From the human T2T-CHM13v2.0 reference genome, Homo sapiens: a stretch of 64,000 bases of DNA. Below the pieces are notes generated by a model. The model was given only the letters and a program-made list of their open reading frames with translations, searched no databases and had not been told where the DNA came from. The position numbers were made by a program, and so were the translations under genes. Positions 40,727-56,370 of the stretch are shown here, piece by piece. The stretch lies in assembly GCF_009914755.1 (NCBI RefSeq), contig NC_060926.1. The stretch is one strand, 5' to 3'. Positions within the stretch are counted from its first letter, which is position 1. Every line of letters starts with the position of its first letter.

Positions 40727-41551
40727 TAGGTTAAACACCGAGGCTGACTTTAGCTACAGTGGTGCTACAATCACAGCTTTTGTGCAGAAGCCTTGTTGCT
40801 AGTTGCATATTGCAAATAAATATGTAAAAAAGCAAGAATTGGTACATCATTTTTTGGATGGATTTGATTCTTTGCTTTTTACTCGTTGCTTTCTTTAAAA
40901 CTATTCTAAATCAGCCTTTGAGTTTAACAAGTGTTGCATGAGGCATTTGCAGTAACAGGCTACATGGTTTGCATCCTATAACATCAAGCTTTCCGCATAG
41001 AAGCTAGACTAAGAGACATTCAGACTGATGCAAATTTGACCGTTTAGGCCTAAAACTGGCAATCTTTTAAGCTGCAGATAAATGAAAGAGCAAGGGATAG
41101 CATGAGTGCTGCATGGGGCTCAGATTTCAGATGTCTTCCTTTTTTTAACCCATACTCAAGCTTGCAGAATTCACAAATATATAACCTCATAATTCATCGA
41201 CGTCAAGATTTCTTACTACTTTATTCACATAGACTTTTCTAAAACCAATAAGGGGTTAGGGAGTAAGACATCTGCAAATAAAAGCAAAATATTTACACAA
41301 GGTTGATGTTTAAGCATGAATAACAAAATCATTCTTTTGCTCTAAAGAGTGTTTGGAAATACACATTTGGTTCATTTCCATTCACAGTTTTCTAATGAAC
41401 ATACAAGTTCTGCTTTCATTCATTTTCACCAGCTAGCAGGCTTTTCATGAAAATGTTATTCAATCACAAACATTAAACTAATATTGTTGGCATTCTGCAT
41501 GACATTTTTATTTTCCAGGACAAGCTCATGATATTTTTGCCGGTAAAATAG

Positions 41552-41893
<342 letters not shown>

Positions 41894-43293
41894 TAAGTTG
41901 TTTAGTTCTCTAAATATTAAATATTATATATAATGGAAATTATCTCAATTTAGATGTGAATCAAGTGACTTAGACTAATTTAAGATGATTTAATACATAT
42001 AAAAGAGATATCAAATGATACCTTATTCTATTTTTCTTATCTGTCCATTGATATAGTAAAAGTTCTCATTTGAAAATGTGTTGTCTTATACTCATGTTGA
42101 AAGTAATTTCATATTATGCCATATTAAAAAATGTTTATTTGGTAGACATTAATCAGGTTTTTCAGTCATTTTAATAAATAAGTCAGTAGTTTGAACTATT
42201 CAGTGTATTCCACTGAAATGTGTTAAGAAGACTGAGGGGAAATAATTTGGCCCTATTTGGTTGATGCAACATATGTATTGAGTACATATGCTATATCTGA
42301 AAATAGAGAAACCATTTATCAAGATGAAATAAGAATTTGTGTGCTCCTCAGAAGGTTAAGTAACCCTGATTTAGCCATTCACTTATTCATATTCTAATTA
42401 GTCCCTTTAGTGTCATCATTGTATTGTAGTTACCAGTTTAGTTTGATTAAGGTATGAACATCAGAATAAGCTTATGCCATATACTTCAGCATGATTTCTT
42501 AACATTGAGCCCAGCCCCTCTGTCATTTTTCATATGTGTGTGCATGTTTGTATGTGAATATAAAAATACGTATGTTTGCATGTGTGTGCATGTTTTCTGA
42601 GATCATCTTTGCAACTTACTGAAGTTATATGTCATGCCTTAAAAATAAAAACTAGATAGCTCTCCATAGCTTAAAAATAAAAACTAGATATACTCAGACA
42701 ACATATCTCTCCAAAGAAACAAGTTTATTTTCTTCATTTGAAAGGCAGAAATCAAGCAAAAATTTCAAACAAAACACTTATTTACAGTATCATAAGAGGG
42801 AATAAATACCTAATCCCACTTCTCACAGGAAATTAAGTTAAAATTGGCGGGAAAAAATGTCTGAATCTATTTTGAGCCTGGGGAGAAAAGTATATGTAAG
42901 GTAAAATTTATTTGCATGAAAACACCTAGAAACAACAAGGCTTTCTTCTTTCTTACTTTTTGTGCCCAGCAATAGACTGGCAGCTCTTTCTTAATGTATC
43001 CCATGCAATTTGAGCTTATATTTGCAATGAATGCTGATATAAGAATGTTATCATAGTAATTCCTTCTGAACATTTTTCTTTTTAACATAGATTTGCTAAC
43101 CATTTGTATAATCAAAAATGTTATATATTGATATTTGTTCAATATTGTGAAAAATCTCTTTAGCCATATATATTTATTAGTTTATCCATCTCATTATGAT
43201 TGAAAACATTTGTGAGCTTTGCCACCTAAACAGGGTGGCTGAAGTGTTTTACAGGATTTTAATGATTCTTTCTATTCCTTTCTCTTTAAATAG

Positions 43294-43357
43294 GTCACTT
43301 TTATTTTTTAGAGGGGCAAAATGATGCTCTGCTTTGTGGCAACAGCTCAGATGCAGG
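43294..43357 (+). CDS. SCN2A: SCN2A coding exon 7
   Basis: SHFYFLEGQNDALLCGNSSDAG; aatag| and GG|GTAAGT; 64 nt. Confidence 0.96.
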
Positions 43358-44888
43358 GTAAGTGATGCTTCCTACTGAGTTTCAGTCCACACTGCTCCAT
43401 CAGTGTCAATAACCTGCCACCTCCCACTCATCCAGTCCCACTCACTCCTCACTCAAAACCCTCCATAAATTCTACTTCACGGTGACTCTCAGAATAGCCA
43501 GGATAAGTGTAGATTCTCACCTCTTTCACACAGTCATTTACTGCAATTATTTTTCTATGCTAGGTCACATCTAATCTTCCAAATTAGTTCAATGTAAAAT
43601 AGAGAATAAAGCAGTATAATATGCATCTGAAGCTTAATAGAATTCTTAAGCACATACTTTTTATAAGTGTCATATTTTATATATACTAATGTGTTCTCCA
43701 TAGCTTAAAATGTAAGATCTCTGAAAATAATGTTAATATCTGAGACATGGGGAGTATTTAGCATATTTTAGCAAAGTGGTTACAAACATAAACTGGAGAG
43801 TCTGCATAGAGTCAGACTTTGACTCCATCATATAATCTCATTTCTTCTTGCCTTCGTTTCCTTATATGACAAATGGGTATAATAATAGGGTTTTTGTGAT
43901 GATGAAGTGGATTAATAAATGTATAGCTATTTAGATCGCTCAATAAGTGCTTGTAATTGTTATTATTGGGATCATGCAAATGTTTGCTATTAAGAAACAT
44001 GGAGCTAAATCCTAGGAAAATTTAAAAACACAGTTAATTTTCTTTATTTAGCAAGATTTTAGAGCCACACACAAAAGTCTAATGCACTTTCTTTGGACGA
44101 TGATACTGTGGACATTAGTAGCTAATACCTGTAGCAAAATTCCCAGTGATAATAGGCTTTCCATTTGGCTCCTACGATCAGTGCTATGCTGCCTTTATCT
44201 TCAGATTCCAATGATAAGTAAATCAATTGATTTTCATTCCTTGTTTGTACTGTACTAAATGCGTTACATACAGTATCTTCTTCAATGTTTGCAAATTTGT
44301 GAGACAGGTTCTCTTATTAGCCCATTCTCACATGCGAGGTGCCTGAAGATTAGCAAGTTAAGTAACTTGCCCAAGACCGTTCAGCTCAGAAGTGTCAGGC
44401 AAGACATTGAAGCCAGGTCTGCTTGATCTTCAAGGTCCTCCTATGACATTTTTACCACACAGTGTCATTCACTCCTTGCAGCATGCCCCACCTATCCTTT
44501 TCTCACTTCTTTACCCTGTTCCCACACTTACACACATTTCTGCCTCAAGACATCCTCAGTGAAAATCAACTTTTTCCTTACAGACTTTTTTAACTGCCCT
44601 TAAGTCCCAGAAGATATTAATCATGATATGATTGCTTTTATATGGAGACATAATAAATATAATAATGACAATTATGAATCACAGAGGAATCCACAAAGTA
44701 GACCTTATAGATTCTGTTATTATATAAATCAGTCCACTTAGTGCTGAGTTAAGTACTGGGTAAGGTGAGAGAAATCGGCTTTTTTCTAGTGCCTGTATAA
44801 AACAGACATTGGCATATATTAAAACAGGAAAACCAATTAGCAGACTTGCCGTTATTGACTTCCTTTCTTTCCTCTAACCTAATTACAG

Positions 44889-45030
44889 CCAGTGTCCTGA
44901 AGGATACATCTGTGTGAAGGCTGGTAGAAACCCCAACTATGGCTACACGAGCTTTGACACCTTTAGTTGGGCCTTTTTGTCCTTATTTCGTCTCATGACT
45001 CAAGACTTCTGGGAAAACCTTTATCAACTG
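44889..45030 (+). CDS. SCN2A: SCN2A coding exon 8 (DI pore loop, selectivity-filter Asp of DEKA)
   Basis: [47 protein letters not shown]; 142 nt; |GTGAGA. Confidence 0.98.
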
Positions 45031-45149
45031 GTGAGAACAGATAAAATCATTTTTCTGAGAATCATAAAACACCGAACTCAAGAGAATTGCTGTAGAATAT
45101 TTTATTACTTAGAGTGTAAGTTTGTAACATCCTATATAAAATTTATTAA

Positions 45150-45380
<231 letters not shown>

Positions 45381-46739
45381 TAGTGAACAAGCATACGGTC
45401 CTTTGTTTTTCTTTATCTAAATTCTTTAACCTAAATGTTGAGGTCAGTGGCAAGGTAGTTGACATTAGAAATAGGTCATATGTGTTTGGTAAGTGCTAGG
45501 AGCCTGTTTGGTTATTAAGAAGTTATTACTTTATTGCAATGATCTCTGTCAATAGTGTCAATAGTAATGGCATCAAAAAATGGATAATTATAATTGCTTT
45601 ACTGACATTTTTTTCTCCCTTGTGACTCCTTGAGGAAATTAATGATTAACAAAGGCCTCATGTACTCAAACTTGCAGAGTAGATAAACCTACATGTCCTC
45701 AGTTGAAGTATTTTCTTAGGGGAAGAGGAATTCAGTTACACTTGCTTCTTCATTGCAGTATCACCAGAGGTGGTAAGGGTCAGAAAACCAGAATCAAACT
45801 AAGAAAATTATTTCATTGAGTCTGGAAAGGCAAAGGCTTATTCAATATTTGTTCTCTTTTATATAAAGTGTACAAATGCAAGTTTGTGGGTTACATCAGT
45901 AAATCACTAGTGTGTAAACATATTAAAACATTAGCACTCTCTGCCTCCTACTCTACAAATCCTTTAATTTGGACTTGACAAGCCTTCAAAATAAGGCAAG
46001 AATTTCTCTAATTATATTTGCTTGACTTAATGGCATTAACTAATCCAATTGCCTATTTTTGTCTTTTCATGTATGTTGAATACAATTCCCTTTTATTACC
46101 GAGTATTCCTAAATATGTAATAAAGGTCAAAGTATATTGCTGTAATAGCAACAAAACTACTGTTATACTTTACAAGTTCATGCAGATGCCATGATCTAGG
46201 ATTCTCAAATAAACACTCTGTATTATGTCTTTGCTGTGCATTTCTTAGTGAAATACCCAATTTAAATCACGGAGAAAAATGTCATTAAAATAAAATACTT
46301 GACTGAATTACATTTAATAATTCAGACTAGCACTAAATTTCTTTATTGTGTGAAAATGGAATCAAAGGCAAATGTCTACCAGGTTTAAATAGGAAGTCTT
46401 TAATTCCCATATTATTTCCTTCTTAAAATATTGTTTGAATTATAGAACATGTTATTATGATCTTTAAGTGTCTTGCTCATATTATTAGATAATTAGATAT
46501 CATAGTGTGAGGACAGAGCTTGAAGGTTCTCATAAAAGTCGTATGTATCATCTTCCATATGAATGCCCATTTTACTCTTTGATTGGTCTAATAACAATGT
46601 ACTGTTTTCTAAAACACAGAATAAAATGGAGAATTGTTTTTCAAGATTATCTTCATGATATTGAAGCTCAATTAAGCAGTAACATGATAATTACTTTTTA
46701 AGTTTATATGCAACTTCCACATACTTTGCGCCCTTCTAG

Positions 46740-47090
<351 letters not shown>

Positions 47091-48694
47091 TAATGGAGAG
47101 AAAACCGCCTTCCACCTGGATGGCACAATGCTTTCAGAGTAGTGATGATTATCAAGTGTTTTGGCTATCACTTCAGAGAATTTGTGAGTTTTGCAACTTT
47201 TTGGAATCCCAGGAAGGAAATTTTAGATCCCTCTGGGTTTGGAAAAATTTGCGGTTTTGAGGTTTTCTTAAAGACTGAAAAATCTTGGAGAAATTTTCCA
47301 CATCAGGAATTATCAGCAGATGGTTCCCATCTCTTCTTAACTATTGTGCGTGGATCTAGTGAACTTTGGGTTTTCTGAGTGACAAATTCCCAGAAGTGGA
47401 CCAGAGACTCTTTTAGGCCACCTGCGGGGTTGTTCCCATAAGGTGCAAACATCACTTGCCAAGTGCATTCTTCATGCCTTTGTTTCAAAGGGGACTGAAA
47501 CAAAATATCTCTAAAAGTAGCCAAAACTCTCAGATAGGCAGGTACTGAGGGAGATTTATGACACGAAATAAAAAGTGGTGTTTAGTTGTACTTGATTATC
47601 TGTGTTTCATGTTAAACATGGGACTTGCATTTGAAGAATACTGTGATTTATAAACTGCAACAAATATTCACTGGATGCCTCTGCCTTTTGTACTCATGCA
47701 AGTTGTTGAAATTTTAAAATTTAGAATCTTAATTGTCTTTGAAATTACCAAGAGAATTCACAGGAATACACAGTACCTCAGAAGACATTTTCACCAGGAG
47801 TGAAACCTTAATACCTATACAGTAACAATAACAATTACAACAACAACATTGATAATGGCTAATATTTATACACTGTGTTGTTATTTGCAATATTAATGCA
47901 TTAAGCCTTTCACTGCAACCCTAGGTAAGTTCTAATTTAGTTAATATCCCCAATTTTTATATGTGAAGAGAAGCAGGGGGCTGCATTCTTTGTTGAGTAC
48001 CTATTTTATGCTTGGCATTCTTTCTACATTCTCATAATTAATGCTAACAGTTCTGTAGAATAGTATTATTTTCATTACTATAATGAAAAAGCTATTTTGG
48101 ATCAGTAAAGTTAAATAGTTGCACAATGTCATATAGCAATAGAAAAAGTTATTATGATCTTTGAGTGTCTTGTTCATATTAGGGTTGTTGGTATTCAAAT
48201 TTTGCCTGGTACTGAAAACCTTAAAGTTTCCACTTTATCAAGTTGCCTATGAAGAATGCCTTTAAAAACTGATAAGGAAATTTACAATATAACTTTATTT
48301 AAAATACACAATGGCATTATACTTTCTCTTTTACCTTTTTATAATATAGACAAGCTCACATAACCTCACATGTGATATATATAAATTTTTTTAGGTCAGC
48401 CTTATTCATTTCAAATCCAAATAACATCATAAGATTGCATACTTGGGGATTAATTCAAATTTAACATAGGATCTTTAAATATCAAAATTTACTTGGTCTC
48501 TTTCATTTTGTTGTCACAATCATGATTCCATTAGTAGAAACATTAATCAATAAATAGGAATCCTTTAAAAGGCAAACCCCCTGTTTACAGTATTAGTCAT
48601 TCTGAAAAGGAAGGAAGAAAAAGAAAGGGAGGGAGGGAGGGGGGAGAGAGAGAGAGAGGAAAAAAGGGAGCATAGGAGGGAGGAAGATAGAGTA

Positions 48695-48788
48695 TTTTTG
48701 CCTACATTTTTACCTAAGTTTGTCTGAATTTTTGCCTGAAGTTGTCTAAGTTTTGGCCAAAATTTGCCTAAATTTTGGCCTAGATTTG
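48695..48788. repeat. Degenerate 10-12-nt minisatellite (TTTTGCCTAAA-like), about 8 units
   Basis: ttttgcctaca/tttttacctaag/tttgtctgaa/tttttgcctgaa/gttgtctaag/ttttggccaaaa/tttgcctaaa/ttttggcctaga. Confidence 0.7.
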
Positions 48789-50324
48789 AAACTTCATATC
48801 AACTTCATATCAAACACTTACCACAGAGATTCTCTTCAATTTGCCTTATTTCTAATTGAATAAAACTAATTCTAGGCAAAATAGTGAAGCCTGATAAGGC
48901 TAGGCTCTGTCCTTCCTTTTTCTGTACATTTTGTTCATAGATATGATATTCTCCCAGCAGCCTCTTCTTCATACCTCTACATACCTCCATTTCCCAGCTA
49001 GTTGGGTATTATAAGCAATCACTGACTTAGAAGACATGGCATGGCTGGCTCATATTGATACTTGTTTCTTAAGCAGTCTCTATATAAAAATAGAGTTAAA
49101 GACTTTATTTTGCTTGATAAAGAAATAGTCAAACAAATGTCTAAGAGGATGGAGAGGGAGACAGAAAAAGACAGAGGGAAAGGGAAAGAAAGAGAAAGAG
49201 AGAGGGGGGAAAGGAGAAAAGGAAGAAGAGAGGAGAGACAGAAAACCCTGAAATCACACCAACCCCACTTGGCAAGCCCTGAAAGTAATACTGAAAATGT
49301 CAAACCAGATAGAAGTACTTAATCTTGGTATAGCAATGGAGGGCCCATCGTGTCTGTTAGATTTTTAAGAGTTTGAGACCCCAAAATATTAGGAATTATT
49401 GTTTTGTGATGACATGATTGTGTTGGTAACCATCTCTGTGTTTGTATTGAAAAACTATACAATGCAAGCCTTTACTGCAAGATTATAATTTCTTTAGTAG
49501 AGTAAGTGGAAATATGAATTGTTTCTCAGACTCTGATTTGACTTGTTAGTGTGGTAAAGAGGGGAGAAGAAAGTCAAGAATGTAATCTCTAAACAAGTTT
49601 CAAGATAATCTGGATTTTTTTGAAACCTTTATAAGGTACAATTGACCTTAAATCATTACTTTATTATTTATTTGTGATAAGCTAGGAGTTTAGGAGTTTT
49701 GCTTTTTAAAGATTGGTTTGGTATGGGGAATATTTCTTACTGGCCATCTTTTTTGTGTGTTACAGCATTTGATTACTATGCATTTATGTAATGAATGTCA
49801 GCAAAAGAAGTTGATGCTAACGGATGGGGCACAATCATTTCTCATATAGCTGTCACATGTAAACTACGTTTTTGTATAGCTTAATTCATCCATGATCCTT
49901 GAGAAACATGCAAACTTATAACTTATTTTCTTCCAACCCTTCTATGGCTCCAGCTGAATGGGGTACTGGCAGTTAAAATATAAACTCTTACTAAAAGCGA
50001 TAGAAACATTCTTCATTGCAAAGCATGTATTGTTTGCCTTTCTTTTTTAGCTAATGAGGAGCAGTATGTTACACATCCTGCAAATCCGGTAACTGTTATT
50101 TCCTCATAGCTAATTCGAAGTCCCTTGTTAGAGGAGAGAAAGGAGACACGAAAAAGGATGGATAGTCTAAGAAAGGCTTTAAAAAATAACTACTTGTATG
50201 GAAAATGATAAAAGAAAAGAATGAATGTTACTAATGTAGTTAATAGGATTAAAAAGCATGGGAACAACAAGAGGAGAGATGACTTCTGTTGTGGGAGCAG
50301 TAAGTCTTCTTAGAAGTAGTTCTA

Positions 50325-50677
<353 letters not shown>

Positions 50678-50774
50678 TTAACATTTACAGACATTTAATA
50701 GAAACTAACAGATATTATTGAGAAAAAGTAATTCTTTAGCTGGAAAGAAAATAAAAAGCATACTTATTGGTCAG

Positions 50775-53103
50775 TGTATTACTCTGTTTTCATGCTGCTG
50801 ATAAAGTTATACCCAAGACTGGGCAATTTGGCAAAGGAAGAGGTTTAATTGGACTTACAGTTCCATGTGGCTGGCAAAGCCTCACAATCATGGCAGAAAG
50901 CAAAGAGGAGCAAGCCACACCTTACATGGATGGTGGCAAGCAAAGAGAGAGTGAAAGCCAAGCAAAAGAAGTTTCTCCCCATATAACCACCAGATCTCAT
51001 GAGACCCATTCAGTACCATGAGAACAGTATGGGGAAAACCCCTACCATGATTTAACTATCTCTGACCAGGTCCCTCCCACAACAGTGGGAATTATGGGAA
51101 ATATAACTCAAGATGAGATCTGGGTGGGGACACAGAGAAATCATGTCATTCCACCCCCGGCCCCTCCCAAATCTCATGTCCTCACATTTCAAAATGAATC
51201 ATGCCTTCCCAACAGTCCCCCAAAGTCTTAACTCATTTCAGCATTAATTCAAAAGTCCACAGTCCAAACAAAGCCTCATCGGAGACAAGGCAAGTCCTTT
51301 CCATCTATGAGCCTGAAAAATCAAAAGCAAGTTAGTTACTTCCTAGATACAATAGGGATACAGACATTAGCTAAATACAGCCATTCCAAATGGGAGAAAT
51401 TGGCCAAAACAAAGGGGCTACATGCCCCATGCAAGTTCAAAATCCAGCAGGGCAGTCAAATCTTAAAGCTCAAAAATGATCTCCTTTGACTCCATGTCTC
51501 ACATCCAGGTTACGCTGATGCAAGAGGTGGGTTCCCCTGGTCTTCAGCAGCTCCACCCCTGTCACTTTGCAGGGTACAGCTTCCCTCCTGACTACTTCCA
51601 TGGGCTGGCATTGAATGTCTGTGGCTTTTCCAGGTACACGGTTCAAGATGTTGGTGGATCTATTATTCTTGGGTCTGGAGGACAGTGGCTCTCTTCTCAC
51701 AGCTCCAGCAGGCAGTGCCCCAGTAGGGACCCTGTGTTGGGGCTCTGACCCCACATTTCCCTTCCTCACTGCCTTGGCAGAGGTTCTCCATGAGAGCCCT
51801 GCCCCTGCAGCAAACTTCTGCCTGTACATCCAGGTGTTTCTATACATCCTCTGAAATCTAGGCAGATGTTCCCAAATCCCAGTTATTGACTTCTGTGCAC
51901 TGACAGGCTCAACACCATGTGGAAGCTGCCAAGGCTTGAGGCTTGCACCCTCTGAAGCCATGGGCCTAGCTCTACATTTGCCCCTTTCAGCCATGGCTGG
52001 AGCCGCAGAGATACAGGGCACCAAGTTCCTAGGCTGCACACAGCGTGGGACTCTGGACCCGGCACATGAAACCACTTTTTCCTCCTAGGCCTCCGAGCCT
52101 GTGACGGGAGGGGCTGCTGCAAAGATCTCTGACATGCCGTGGAGACATTTTCTCCATTGTCTTGGGGATTAACATTCAGCTCCTCATTACTTATGCAAAT
52201 TTCTACAGCCTGCTTGAATTTCTCTTCAGGAAATGGGATTTTCTTTTCTGTCACATTGTCAGGCTGCAAATTTTCCAAACTTTTATGTTCTGCTTCCCTT
52301 ATGAAACTGAATACCTTTAGCAGTACCTAAGTCACCACTTGAATGCTTTGCTGCTTAGAAATTTCTTCTGCCAGATACTCTAAATCATCTCTCCCAAGTT
52401 CAAAGTTCCACAAATCTCTAGGACAGGGCCAAAATGCCACCAGTCTCTTTGCTAAAATATAACAAGAGTCACCTTTGCTCCATTTCCCAACAAGTTCCTC
52501 ATCTCCATGAGAGACCACTTTAGCCTGGACCTTATTGTCCATATTGCCATCAGGCTTTTGGTCAAAGCCATTCAATAAGTCTCTAGAAAGTTCCAAACTT
52601 TCTCACATTTTCCTGTGTTCTTCCGAGCCCTCCAAACTGTTCCATCCTCTGCCTGTTATCCAGTTCCAAAGCTGCTTCCACATTTTTGGGTATCTTTTCA
52701 GCAGCGTCCCACTCCTGGTATCAATTTACTCTATTAATCTGTTTTCATGCTGCTGATAAAGACATACCTGAGACTGGGCAATTTACCAAAGAAAGACATT
52801 TAATTGGACTTACAGTTCCATGTGGCTGGGGAAGCCTCACAATCATGGCAGAAGGCAAAGAGGAGCAAGTCACATCTTACATGGATGGTGGCAGGCAAAG
52901 AGAGAGTGAGAGCCAAGTGAAAGGGATTTCTCCCCATAAAATCATTAGATCTCATGAGACTTATTCACTACCATGAGAACAGTATGGAGAAAACTGCCAC
53001 TATGATTCAACTATTTCCCACCATGTCCCTCCCCCAACAATGGAAATTATGGGAGATACAACTCAAGATGAGATCTGGGTGGGGACACAGCCAAACCATA
53101 TTA
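50775..53103 (-). mobile_element. Full THE1(A-like) MaLR element: LTR 50775-51148, internal region 51149-52729, LTR 52730-53103
   Basis: Two similar THE1 LTRs flank a ~1.6-kb THE1-int region; perfect 5-bp TSD GTCAG (50770-74 / 53104-08). Confidence 0.93.
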
Positions 53104-54424
53104 GTCAGGCATATAAAAACCTAGATATTAGTAGGTATAAAATAATGGTTTTAGTTAGTTTTGAACCTTTGGAGAGGAAAAGATCAAACCAATAATACTT
53201 AAATGATGAAGTTAGTATTCTTTCCAATAATAATTACATAAATCCAATGCAAGCTGGCTGAAGTAAAAAAGAGAATGTATTAGATGATATAAATTATGTC
53301 TGTGAGTAGCTTTAGGCATGGATGGATCCAGAAGCTCAAGACATGTTACCATGACCATGTCTTTCTCCATATCTGAATCTAGGTTCCTCCCACATGGTGG
53401 CAAGATGTCACTGCAGCTCCAAACTTAAAGCCAATATTTTTAGCAGCCTCAAGTGAAAAAGCACCATTTCCTCAACAGTTGTAAAAGACAGGGATGTCTT
53501 TCAATTGACCAAGCAGGATTTCATGACCATCTTTAAATTACGTATCGAATACACTGATTGGCTAGGCCTAGGACAGTGCCTGGAACACTGGGAGACCCGA
53601 GCCTCAAGTCCTGCTGCATCCAGGAGTTGAAATTAGTGTCTCCCAGATAACCTGGTCTGAGAGTTGAGGATTATTTCTCAAGGCTGAACAGGGTACTGAT
53701 TTAAAAAAACAAAAAATTAAATGGTTGTGATCAGCCTCTTAGTGAAAATTAAGTTTTTGTAAATATTGCCCTCAGATTTCTTGAGACAGAGACAAAGGGG
53801 TGAAAATTGGGGAATAAATCATACAGTTATTTCAGCTTGATTTAATTTATTCATGAAGACCATCATAAAATATGCAAAGGGAAGTGGAGAAGCTGCCCCG
53901 TGTACTATAATTAAACATCCCTACTAGCAAGATTAATTATATTTCCTCCATGGTAAGATTTGCATCAGGGTGTGGTCACTAGCGAGCTCTTACTGGCTAC
54001 ATTTTTGACCTCAGAGGATCTAAAGGTAGATTTGTGTTTAATTGTTTTCCATTGGGTTGTTAACTGAAATTAACTTCTAAAGAAGGGTCTATCAACAGTA
54101 TCAGTTCTAGATGCCAGTAACAGGACAAAACATTATGGGGACACTTCTGACTATGTTGAGGTGTGGGTAAAGTAGGAGAAAAGAGAGCAGAAGATGGAAA
54201 ATGGAGGAAGGAGAAAAAGCGAGAGTGAAATAGAAAAGGTGAACCTTGTAGAAAGTGCCAAAATGCCACCAGCAGTCATCAGAGGGGTGCTTTCTTCCAC
54301 ATGTCCAATGACTTATCCTTGAGTAAGTCAATGACTATGACACAATGAATCAAATTCTGTTTTTCAGAATGCCAGCTCTTAACTCTCTTCATCTCATTTT
54401 TGTTTCTTTTCTTGTTATTCATAG

Positions 54425-54859
<435 letters not shown>

Positions 54860-55889
54860 TGAGTTTGTTGCCCAAAGGCTGGGAGTTTGTTCAATCAAGC
54901 TGTTAACTGTCTTGTGAAACTGTTCTATTCAGACTTTTCTACAAAGTAATTAAAAACCTAGGTTGGCTGTCAGAGAATATAATTAGAAGTAATCTTTCAT
55001 CATTATTACTATGGTATGAAACTCGCCAAAAAGCAAAGCAACAATTTATCAAGCATAATGTTTGATTAATATAGTTAAATTAAATCCAAGGAAATTAATG
55101 CTCACAAATTAAATAAATACTTAAGGATTTTGTGATTGTTGTTCATTTAAAAGGAGATTTGAATACTTCCACTTGCAGTAGATACTATTACTAAATAGAT
55201 TTAAATCCCATAGTACAACATTGCCTCTCTTTGCAGGTCAGAGTGTTGTAACCTTTTTAGCATCCACTCTAATGATCTCAACCATTGTAAATTTATACAT
55301 GAAGAGCCATTCAAAAAGTACCTGGTTTGGAATCATGGGCTGTCATTTTTAGAGCAGATTCCAATTTTTATATTACTGTCATAAACTCTTATTGTAAACA
55401 AAGTGGCCCAAAACCAATCACATGGAAAAGGATTTCAGCTACATACTAGACACTTACAGGGCTATATTATTGAAATTTACTTCATAAACCATAAGAAGCT
55501 TTTAATGTTGGTATTAAATAAAATTCCATTAGCTATCAAGACATATTTTGGCAATGTCACTTGATTGTATTTTATAGCATTCAAAATGTCTTCTTATGAT
55601 TTTTTTTTCACATAGCTCCATTTATTATCATTGAACAAGCTCTTTGAGCCACATTAAAATGATACGGAGTTCGTTTTCAGTTACCTAATGGAGGAGCTTC
55701 TTATCTTGGATTATAAAATAGCCATTATCTTCTTCACATTTTTTGCATGGCCTCTCCCCACCTCCTTCTACCAGAGAAGTGTCCAGGTATCCTGCAGTCA
55801 GGTTGAACCATGAGAAAAGTAGAACTTTATAGTGGAGGAACCAGGAAGAATGAAGAGAGGACATCAGCTCTTCTTAAAAAATGATCATA

Positions 55890-56080
55890 GATAACCATGT
55901 ACCAGACACTGTCCAGAACACTGTACATGTGTTAAGAATCATTTAAGCATCATAACAACCCTTTTTGATAGTTAGTAACATTATCCCAATTTTACAGAGG
56001 AGGAAACTGAGGCTTGTGCGTGGTGGAGCTAAGATTTGACCCCAGGTATGCTGGTTACTGAACCTACATTCTATCAACAG
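55890..56080 (-). mobile_element. MIR
   Basis: attatcccaattttacagaggaggaaactgaggct...ggagctaagatttgaccccagg. Confidence 0.75.
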
Positions 56081-56175
56081 TGAAATATTGCCTCCCACTG
56101 AGTTATTTTTAATTTCTTTAAATCAAAAAGAAGAGATGGTTAAGGAAATAAACACATAAACACTTTCATTTTAAC

Positions 56176-56370
56176 CAATGTTTCTCAAAATATACTTCAC
56201 TTTCATACTACTTACATCAGAATCTCATGGGAGGCTTCTTAAAACTAGAGATTCCTGTGCCTACCCAGACCTTTTCAGACCAAACCACTGAGGAGAACAA
56301 GGTCTGGGAATCTTCTTCCTTAACAAGCATCCCACATAATTCTTATACATAATAAAGTATGTTTATCACT
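56176..56370. mobile_element. MER5-type hAT-Charlie MITE
   Basis: caatgtttctcaaa...catcagaatctcatgggaggcttcttaaaa...gggaatct...ttaacaagcatccc. Confidence 0.6.

Noticed and set aside
48695-48788. Possible CRISPR-like or other prokaryotic array
   Set aside because: No constant repeats with unique spacers and no cas-like ORFs; the window is eukaryotic throughout.
51470-52278. 201-aa and 131-aa minus-strand ORFs
   Set aside because: They lie in the THE1 internal region, where such ORF remnants are typical; no evidence of domestication.
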